Origin: a virus
Taxonomy: Duplodnaviria; Caudoviricetes
IMG/VR virus record: IMGVR_UViG_3300012890_000080
Coordinates: 1 to 26,765 of that record
DNA: 26,765 nucleotides
Direction: 5' to 3' (one strand)
Shown here one piece after another: positions 18,213 to 24,220 of this stretch. Below the pieces are notes generated by a model that was not told where the DNA came from, made no database searches, and saw only the letters and a list, made by a program, of their open reading frames with translations. A program made the position numbers and the translations under genes. The first letter of the stretch is position 1. Every line of letters starts with the position of its first letter.

Positions 18213-18953
18213 TTAGTCGAGGTTCACGCTGCTGTCGTCCCTCTTCTCTTCCTTCTTCTTCGCCTCCTCGACTTTGAACATCTGCTTGGCCTTTTTGATT
18301 GTTTTCTCGTGGCGGGCGGGACCATTGTAGAGCTTTTCCAGCAAACCCTCGATCACACTCATACCCGCAACCAGTTCCTTCGCGTTCATGCCCTTGGCTT
18401 CGTGCGCGCCGTCATTCCCGCGTTTGCGGATGCTATGCAGGATGTTCTTCTGATCGTCGTCAATCAGCCCCTGAGCGTGGAGGTCGTTGATCTTCTTGAA
18501 CAGCGTGTCCCCCTTGCACTTCGCATCGTTAACGATGAACTCGACTGCAAGGCGCAGACCGATGGAAGCAAGGATCATCTTTGATCCCGCGAGCGCATAC
18601 AGCATCTCGCCCAAGATCGTGTCGAGTTCCATCGGAGTGGACTCGGTGTTGAAGTTGAAGTGGGCCGAGACTGGTGCGGGGTATTGGACGGACACCTCCG
18701 GATTGTAAGGCTCGCCGTCCTCATCATATTCTTGCTCGTAGCTGTCCCATGAGGTCGTCTCGTAGGACACGTTATCGCATCCACCGCACCGAAAAATGGA
18801 ATACCGGGCACCACCACCGTCATGATTGTAGGGGTCGTCCCAGGAACTGACGCAACGCCCCTCCAGGTTGTGGATGGTGCGCCGCTTGCAGACTGAGCAG
18901 TGTAACATCTTGCGCTCGGTGGTGTCATGTTTGCGTTCAAAACTGTCGAGCAT
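18213..18953 (-). CDS. DUF4145-like HEPN-fold protein with N-terminal zinc ribbon
   Basis: CSVC...CGGC cysteine pairs, then LRLAVE...L..KI..L...GLI...LH.IR..GN.GAH. Confidence 0.85.
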   Translation of the reverse strand: MLDSFERKHDTTERKMLHCSVCKRRTIHNLEGRCVSSWDDPYNHDGGGARYSIFRCGGCDNVSYETTSWDSYEQEYDEDGEPYNPEVSVQYPAPVSAHFNFNTESTPMELDTILGEMLYALAGSKMILASIGLRLAVEFIVNDAKCKGDTLFKKINDLHAQGLIDDDQKNILHSIRKRGNDGAHEAKGMNAKELVAGMSVIEGLLEKLYNGPARHEKTIKKAKQMFKVEEAKKKEEKRDDSSVNLD

Positions 18954-19080
18954 GGTTCCCTCCCGCGCTCATTTGTGAACGGTAATCGGCTGGTTGGAAA
19001 GGACAATGGCGGAGTGCCTAAATCACGAAGGGTAGAAACAGCTACGCGTCTCGTCAGCGACTTCAATCCCTGCCATGGTA

Positions 19081-19980
19081 TTAGCTATACTTGCAGGTTG
19101 ATCCGACGCTGTAACCGAACGTCACGCCGCCGATATGCTCGGGTGCCATTGCCGACGCCACGGAGGCTGGCGCATCGGCCACGCATTGGAACCAGTCGGG
19201 CTCACTGTTATCGAAATCATCCCCAGCGATCCCGTGTTTGATCCGAATGGCGGCCGTCCAAATCTCCTGAGCCTTGGCTGTCGGATCACCAATCGCCCCG
19301 GTGTATAGGGTTTCCACGAACCCGCCCACGTGAGCTCCTGGGACGAAGATGTCGATCGAGGGATCATAGGCGTTGCCACAATAGCTTACGCAGTCAGCGA
19401 CGAGGCTTCCTCCAGCCGCCACCTCTCGGAACGTAGTGCGCTCGGTCAATGTCTTTCCATCGACTTCGGGATGGCAACGAACTGACACGTCCGTGGTCAC
19501 ATAATCGACCTTGCCATCTTTGATGCCATAATAAACCCGGCATCCTGCGATCTGGTATTCCAAACTGGTCGCCGACTTCTCGCGAGCCGGTCCCAATTTG
19601 CTCTCCACAAACGCTGGGTTGAGGCCGAGCATGTCTTGGCTTGTAGCCCAAGTATAGCCTCCTTCCGCCGTGGAGGTCGGTGCTTCGAGGGGAACATCAG
19701 CTGTTGCTTCGACCACGTTATCGGCAGGCGTGACTGCATCCTCACGAGCGGCAGTCACATTGGCGATGTCGGCACTGTTTTGCTTTGACACGGAAAACAA
19801 GACCGTGGCGAGTAGGAGAACCACGAAGGCAGCGCCAGCCAGAAGCAACCAAGTCGAGGTGGATCGCCGTGGTTCGTCGACATCAAGTAGACGGGCCTTC
19901 TGCTGCTCGAATTCGGCCTCGGTAAGCGCGCCCTGATCACGAAGACGGGTTAGCTGTTCTAGACGGTCCAAATCCGGCAA
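19081..19980 (-). CDS. SHOCT-domain membrane-anchored protein
   Basis: N-terminal LEQLTRLRDQGALTEAEFEQQKARLL (SHOCT), one transmembrane helix, and a Cys-containing C-terminal domain; TTG start. Confidence 0.85.
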   Translation of the reverse strand: MPDLDRLEQLTRLRDQGALTEAEFEQQKARLLDVDEPRRSTSTWLLLAGAAFVVLLLATVLFSVSKQNSADIANVTAAREDAVTPADNVVEATADVPLEAPTSTAEGGYTWATSQDMLGLNPAFVESKLGPAREKSATSLEYQIAGCRVYYGIKDGKVDYVTTDVSVRCHPEVDGKTLTERTTFREVAAGGSLVADCVSYCGNAYDPSIDIFVPGAHVGGFVETLYTGAIGDPTAKAQEIWTAAIRIKHGIAGDDFDNSEPDWFQCVADAPASVASAMAPEHIGGVTFGYSVGSTCKYS

Positions 19981-20043
19981 ATGTCATCCCCCGCTGATTG
20001 ACAGAATAGGTATTCAGATCGCTGGTTTTTGAACAGTAGAAAA

Positions 20044-20080
20044 TAAGCCCACGTGGGCGGCCCAACCGCCCACCCGCTTA
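20044..20080 (-). terminator. Probable intrinsic terminator after the 233 aa gene
   Basis: Perfect stem GTGGGCGG/CCGCCCAC at 20053-20073, outer TAAGC/GCTTA, and TTATTTT beyond it on the minus strand. Confidence 0.6.
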
Positions 20081-20091
20081 GGAGCCAATCC

Positions 20092-20793
20092 TTAAACTCC
20101 CATTTTGAGTTCGAGCTTGATCGCGTCGGCGGGCATCCCCGTCAGGGCGGCGATTTTCTCGCGAGCGAAGGCCAGAACGTCCGCGACGGTGTTGAGCGTG
20201 GGACCAGCCTCGATCGCAACTTCCTCCTCGGGTTCGGGTGCGGCTTCCTCGGCCATCTGCTTGGTGTCCGCTTCTACTCCCGCACCGGCTTCCAGCTCGT
20301 CGATGGTAAAGTGCGCGATGGCTGGGTAATCGACGGCAAGGCTATGTCCGACCTGGCTGACAATGTCGTTGTCGCCTTTGTCGATCATCACCCACATTCC
20401 GAAGTCCTCGCGAACCGTGTGGCCGTTGGCGATGCGAGCGGCATAGGAGGCGTCGAACCGCTTCCGCACTTCCTCGCCAGGAAAGAGATAGACATCGACG
20501 GCCTGCGGATCGCCAGGGTCAGTGACTGCGCTGACGAGAACAAGATCGGCTGTGTCGAGCGTCTTCCACTTCTTGCCGCCGTCGAGCGGCGGGAACGCAA
20601 TGTAGCGGTCACGGGTGGTGCGGACGCTGGCGATCTGAGTCTTGCCGCTCTTGGTCATCTCGTAGGTATTCGAAAGGCCGCGACCCGGTTGGCGCTTCAT
20701 CGTGTAACCAGCTTGCTTAGCGCCCTCTAGTGCCGCGCTGACCATGAGCCGCCACGAAGCGGTTTCGCCCATTTCCTTCAAACGGTTTGCCAT
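20092..20793 (-). CDS. Hypothetical protein, possibly DNA-binding or with a degenerate nuclease-like fold
   Basis: 233 aa with a globular N-domain, an acidic linker and a short C-terminal helix-helix-strand module, preceded by an operator-like repeat array. Confidence 0.75.
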   Translation of the reverse strand: MANRLKEMGETASWRLMVSAALEGAKQAGYTMKRQPGRGLSNTYEMTKSGKTQIASVRTTRDRYIAFPPLDGGKKWKTLDTADLVLVSAVTDPGDPQAVDVYLFPGEEVRKRFDASYAARIANGHTVREDFGMWVMIDKGDNDIVSQVGHSLAVDYPAIAHFTIDELEAGAGVEADTKQMAEEAAPEPEEEVAIEAGPTLNTVADVLAFAREKIAALTGMPADAIKLELKMGV

Positions 20794-20960
20794 AACAAAT
20801 TCCTATCTGTCCCTGTTGCTGGAACCGAATGGTTCCAGCGCCAGACCGATTCGGCGGCTGGTGAGGATTAGATGGACCGATTCAAACGGTTTGACAATAC
20901 CGTTTGATACGATTTGCGTCATCCCCTCAATGGCGCTCAAACCGTTTGCCATACCGTTTG
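20777..20960. repeat. Operator-like array: palindrome CAAACSGTTTG x3 plus ATACCGTTTG-type half copies x3
   Basis: Full copies at 20779-20789, 20883-20893 and 20938-20948; partial copies at 20897-20906, 20907-20916 and 20951-20960. Confidence 0.8.
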
Positions 20961-21083
20961 GCTGAATTCTGGCGGACGGAGCAGAAAATCGCCGCGCTTT
21001 GGTGGTTTCTGAGAGGGTGAAAATACCTGGCCGGGGAAAGTCCGCCCCCACCCGACCTGGAGGGGTATACACCCTGGTCTAGG

Positions 21084-21620
21084 TCAGGCTGACGCGCGGT
21101 GGACCGTCATTCGGCTGCATCCCAGGGCTTTCGCGACCGCACCCGGCCTCATGCCCTCAGATAGCAAGCGACGCACCTCTAAGGGGTCAATGCGGGTCTT
21201 CCCGCCCTTGTAGCGCCCCTGGGCTTTCGCGGCTGCGATGCCCTCTCGTTGACGCTCTCTCCGCAAGTCCGTCTCGAACTCTGCCACACTCGCGAGGACA
21301 CCGATGAGCAGCTTGCCCATGCTGGTCGTCGTGTCGATGCCTGCCTGCTCCGTGCAGCGGAAGCCCACACCCTTGTCCCTGAGCATCGCTACCATGTTGT
21401 GCAGGTCGTGCTGGGATCGTGCGAAGCGGTCGAGGCGCGTGACCACAAGTGTGTCACCCTCCCGCACAAACTCCAGCGCGGCTTGTAACTGCTCACGCTG
21501 GGCGGTGGAGCCGCTTTGCTTCTCCGCGAACACCTTCTCGCATCCAGCGGCTTTCAATGCGTCCAGCTGAACATCCAGGCTCTGGTCTGTAGTGGACACT
21601 CGGGCATAGCCGACGATCAT
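21084..21620 (-). CDS. Small serine recombinase (resolvase/invertase family)
   Basis: MIVGYARVST catalytic motif, GDTLVVTRLDRFARS, ERQREGI, and a C-terminal HTH. Confidence 0.97.
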   Translation of the reverse strand: MIVGYARVSTTDQSLDVQLDALKAAGCEKVFAEKQSGSTAQREQLQAALEFVREGDTLVVTRLDRFARSQHDLHNMVAMLRDKGVGFRCTEQAGIDTTTSMGKLLIGVLASVAEFETDLRRERQREGIAAAKAQGRYKGGKTRIDPLEVRRLLSEGMRPGAVAKALGCSRMTVHRASA

Positions 21621-21736
21621 GTAACATCTCCTCTAGACCCTCATGCTCTGTTGTCACATGAGCGTAAGAGCAAGCCTGATGTTACGTCTCTGATGTAACA
21701 GGTGAGGATCACAGCACGGTAATCCCTGTTGTTACC
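21618..21736. promoter_or_regulatory. Putative res site / resolvase-binding subsites
   Basis: Repeated TGTAAC/GTTAC/TGTCAC half-sites in both orientations at 21620, 21652, 21680, 21694 and 21730, immediately upstream of the resolvase gene. Confidence 0.6.
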
Positions 21737-21924
21737 TAGGGGCATCTGTGTGGGTCTATTGTGCTAGGGGTTATCAGGTATGCTGCTAGGGCTTCTTGAC
21801 CCTACAGGCGCCCTCTACGGGGCTGCTGTAGGGCATCTGCTGTAGAGGTAGGAAGAGCACCAAGCCCTGCCAGGCTCAGTGCTCCAAATGTCAAACCAAC
21901 TGTTTCACAACCAAGAAAGGCTGT
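21736..21924 (-). ncRNA. Candidate structured RNA or long 5' leader starting at the TAARTA promoter
   Basis: Three hairpins (21907-21924, 21855-21884, 21800-21833). The four stem mismatches in the first two are G-U pairs only on the minus strand, and no credible ORF is present. Confidence 0.45.
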
Positions 21925-21935
21925 GCGTCTACTTA
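21925..21935 (-). promoter_or_regulatory. Putative late promoter TAAGTAGACGC, not followed by ATG; its TAA is the terS stop
   Basis: Matches TAAATAGACGC at 22497-22507 and 23858-23868 at 10 of 11 positions. Confidence 0.6.
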
Positions 21936-22496
21936 TTCGTCCTCGTCGGGCTTAATGTCTATAACTTCCTGGGGCTTACCGGGCAGCATCCAGCCTTCCA
22001 GAACAAACGGTTCCTGGATTGTGACCTCCACCTGTGTCTTGTCGCCAAAGTCCCTGCGGTTCGTCTTGCTCATAAACCAGCGGTTCTGACTGGCCAGTGC
22101 CTCGTCGCGTCGGAAGTCGCCAGTAGATAGGACACCACCCCTGAGGATGTTGTTATTGACACTGTGTCCGATCATGCTGAACGCTTCCCATGCACCGCGC
22201 ATGTCCTCTTTCAGCTGGGGGTCTTCCCTGATCCACTGGTAGACAGTCTGAACGCTAGGCATTTCTGGATCAGCGCAGACTTCGATCAAGTCGCCGTATG
22301 TGGCAACCGTTTCCAGGATGGTGATCCACCTCTCGAGAGTGAACTTGGTAGGTTGTCCAGGTTTGCGCTTGATCACGTCCTGAACCGTGCTCTGTAGCTC
22401 TTTTGCACCCGTGGCAATTTCCTTCTGCACGACTGCGGCAGTCTGTGCTCGCTTACTGCGGGGCTTTGTCTGTGTTTCTGGAGTTTTGTCAGCCAT
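21933..22496 (-). CDS. terS: Terminase small subunit (Sf6 gp1-like)
   Basis: 187 aa from ATG 22496. GQPTKFT...LIEVCADPEMPSVQTVYQW is an HTH-like segment, and RWFMSK...RDFGDK resembles the Sf6-type TerS C-terminal region. Confidence 0.85.
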   Translation of the reverse strand: MADKTPETQTKPRSKRAQTAAVVQKEIATGAKELQSTVQDVIKRKPGQPTKFTLERWITILETVATYGDLIEVCADPEMPSVQTVYQWIREDPQLKEDMRGAWEAFSMIGHSVNNNILRGGVLSTGDFRRDEALASQNRWFMSKTNRRDFGDKTQVEVTIQEPFVLEGWMLPGKPQEVIDIKPDEDE

Positions 22497-22507
22497 GCGT
22501 CTATTTA
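22494..22507 (-). promoter_or_regulatory. Putative late promoter with leaderless start: TAAATAGACGCATG
   Basis: Identical 14-mer at 23855-23868. Confidence 0.65.
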
Positions 22508-22559
22508 CGTTCAAGAGATCACGGCATTCGGACCGTATCGGACCAGGGGCATCGCAAGC

Positions 22560-23600
22560 GTGGCAATCACAGACGTTTTCTTCCGCCGTTATCGTGGTGT
22601 TGAGCTTGCCGAATGTGTGACCGCCGATGAGCGTCGCTTCTTCCATCAAGCCAATAAGCTAATGGGTGATAGGCTCTGGCTTGGTGCGCCAGAGATCGAA
22701 AAAGAGGCCAGCGAAAGCACGCAAAAGGGTCTCACCATTGTGCATGATCGCATCGCTTTGGAGTTAGGTGTAGATTATCTCTCGGACCTTTGGTGGTATT
22801 ACAATAAGAACCCGCAAAAGAATTCTATCACACAGATTGTTCGCAACTTCATGACTATGGACATGAAGCCGCCAGTTACCGCCGATCAATACATTAAAGA
22901 GCGGCTATCTGTAGTAGAGCTGGCTCTTCGTATTCGTGGGGAGCAAGTTCAGCAGATACAACTCGATCACCCGCGTAAATTGGCGGAGGCGCAACTCAGA
23001 GACAAGCAGCTGGAAACGCGGCCCGGTATGCGGGTGCCAGGTTTCGCGGTTGTGGGTTGCAAGGCTGCTCACGACAAAGCGGTCAATGGCTATTCGGCGC
23101 TCGTGGAGGAGATAAACGAACGTCTTCGCATTGAGGGCTTCGACCTCGTTTACTCCAATGGCCTTCTCCACATGGCCAACGACGAACTATCACAGGATGT
23201 CGTGGCGAAGCCGTTCTGGAATGTCGTGGCCCAGCCGATGTGGGCGAATGTCGAGGAACAGATGAAGGAGGCTCTTGATAGGCGGGACAAGCGGGATCGC
23301 ACCTCTGCATTCCATGCGGTTTGCGCTCTGGAAAGCTGCATGAAGATCGTCTTCAACAGGATCGTTCCCGATGCGCCCAAGACGCCTTATGGACATGGGC
23401 TGGTGGATCAGCTGGCCAAGGACGAACGCTTTCTGGCCAAGTGGGAAGCGGACATGCTCAAGTCGATGTTCTCGGACGTCCGCAATCCGTTCGCCCATGG
23501 ACCGGGTAAGGGCGACATGCCCGAGTTTTCTCCCGAGCAAACTCAGTGGGCCATCGACACGTCTATGAGTTGGATCAAGTCACTCGTGCGAAGGCTCTAA
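22560..23600 (+). CDS. Abortive-infection-like protein (AbiJ-NTD4-like N-terminus, C-terminal HEPN)
   Basis: The N-terminus ITDVFFRRY resembles AbiJ-type N-terminal domains, and the C-terminus has ALES.MK...RNPFAHG (HEPN Rx4H). The 5' half is visibly more AT-rich than the virion genes. Confidence 0.7.
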   Translation: MAITDVFFRRYRGVELAECVTADERRFFHQANKLMGDRLWLGAPEIEKEASESTQKGLTIVHDRIALELGVDYLSDLWWYYNKNPQKNSITQIVRNFMTMDMKPPVTADQYIKERLSVVELALRIRGEQVQQIQLDHPRKLAEAQLRDKQLETRPGMRVPGFAVVGCKAAHDKAVNGYSALVEEINERLRIEGFDLVYSNGLLHMANDELSQDVVAKPFWNVVAQPMWANVEEQMKEALDRRDKRDRTSAFHAVCALESCMKIVFNRIVPDAPKTPYGHGLVDQLAKDERFLAKWEADMLKSMFSDVRNPFAHGPGKGDMPEFSPEQTQWAIDTSMSWIKSLVRRL

Positions 23601-23857
23601 GCCTTGTTCCCACGTTTGTGGAGGCGGAATAGCTGCCGCATCGCTGATCCCTTGGCGTGCAGGTTCAACTGCTGGCCAATCTGATCTACCTCGCAACCCA
23701 GGGCGATCATGCGGAGGCCCGCCGTCGCCCGTTCTGGATCGAGTAGGTTGTCGGGTTGCTCGGGTGTCGCGATGTCGAGGAGGAAGGCCCAATGCGAGGG
23801 CCACGTTTCAGCTTGAAGGGCTCGGGCCTGTGCGAGCGTGAGGATGAGGCGAGGCAT
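23597..23857 (-). CDS. Hypothetical small protein, probably late-expressed
   Basis: 86 aa; the ATG is part of the TAAATAGACGCATG motif. Confidence 0.65.
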   Translation of the reverse strand: MPRLILTLAQARALQAETWPSHWAFLLDIATPEQPDNLLDPERATAGLRMIALGCEVDQIGQQLNLHAKGSAMRQLFRLHKRGNKA

Positions 23858-23868
23858 GCGTCTATTTA
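23855..23868 (-). promoter_or_regulatory. Putative late promoter with leaderless start: TAAATAGACGCATG
   Basis: Identical to 22494-22507. Confidence 0.65.
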
Positions 23869-23904
23869 AGGCTCTGCTAACCAGGGCTTTGGCAGGAGGG
23901 CCGC

Positions 23905-24207
23905 ATGACCAAGATGCGCTTTTCCTTTGATGTCGATCTCTCTGAGGTGTTCCCCGATCTCACGGATGCGGAAGCAGACATCGCGGTTCAGCGCGTGCTC
24001 CTCGGTGGTGCCAACGCTCGCCATAAAGGCCTGCTACGTAAAGTCCGCACGGACGAGAGCCTGAGCAAAGAGGACAAGAGCGAAGCCATGGCCACCCATG
24101 TCCGTGGCATGATGCTGGCACGAATGGCGCATTGTAACTGGAAGGCTGAACCTCTGTCCGATAGCGCACCGATCAACATGGAGATCGATTACTCACGGCC
24201 ATTTTAG
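23905..24207 (+). CDS. Hypothetical protein
   Basis: 100 aa with SD AGGAGG; fills the gap between its neighbours. Confidence 0.7.
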   Translation: MTKMRFSFDVDLSEVFPDLTDAEADIAVQRVLLGGANARHKGLLRKVRTDESLSKEDKSEAMATHVRGMMLARMAHCNWKAEPLSDSAPINMEIDYSRPF

Positions 24208-24220
24208 ATGGTGATCTAAG

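Larger units (their letters stand above)
124..23868 (-). mobile_element. Prophage/phage late (packaging, head, tail) region; element ends are not in the window
   Basis: Complete syntenic siphovirus morphogenesis gene order. I saw no integrase, repressor, replication or lysis genes in the window. Confidence 0.9.

Noticed and set aside
423-20730. Long plus-strand ORFs 423-1070, 2511-3347, 4086-5192, 13767-14426, 15899-16732 and 20053-20730
   Set aside because: They are antisense shadows of well-supported minus-strand genes, expected in GC-rich DNA, and show no recognisable motifs.
20803-21072. 89 aa minus-strand ORF here, and the 83 aa plus-strand ORF at 21879-22130
   Set aside because: They cross regulatory repeats or lie antisense to terS, and have no SD or recognisable motif.
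21084-21620. Gin/Cin-type tail-fibre invertase system
   Set aside because: The recombinase is about 19 kb from the tail-tip genes, and I saw no pair of inverted crossover sites around a fibre cassette.
20777-21924. CRISPR or mini-array interpretation of the short repeats
   Set aside because: The repeats are 6-13 bp, irregularly spaced, lack unique spacers of constant length, and have no cas genes nearby.
21933-22649. 238 aa terS ORF as given in the track
   Set aside because: The extension overlaps the divergent Abi-like gene. The motif and TerS similarity support ATG 22496.
1833-23868. TAARTA as an ordinary sigma70 -10 box or a Shine-Dalgarno
   Set aside because: It does not fit TAnnnT in register, has no -35 partner, is not complementary to the anti-SD, and also occurs 29-77 nt upstream of genes that have their own SD.
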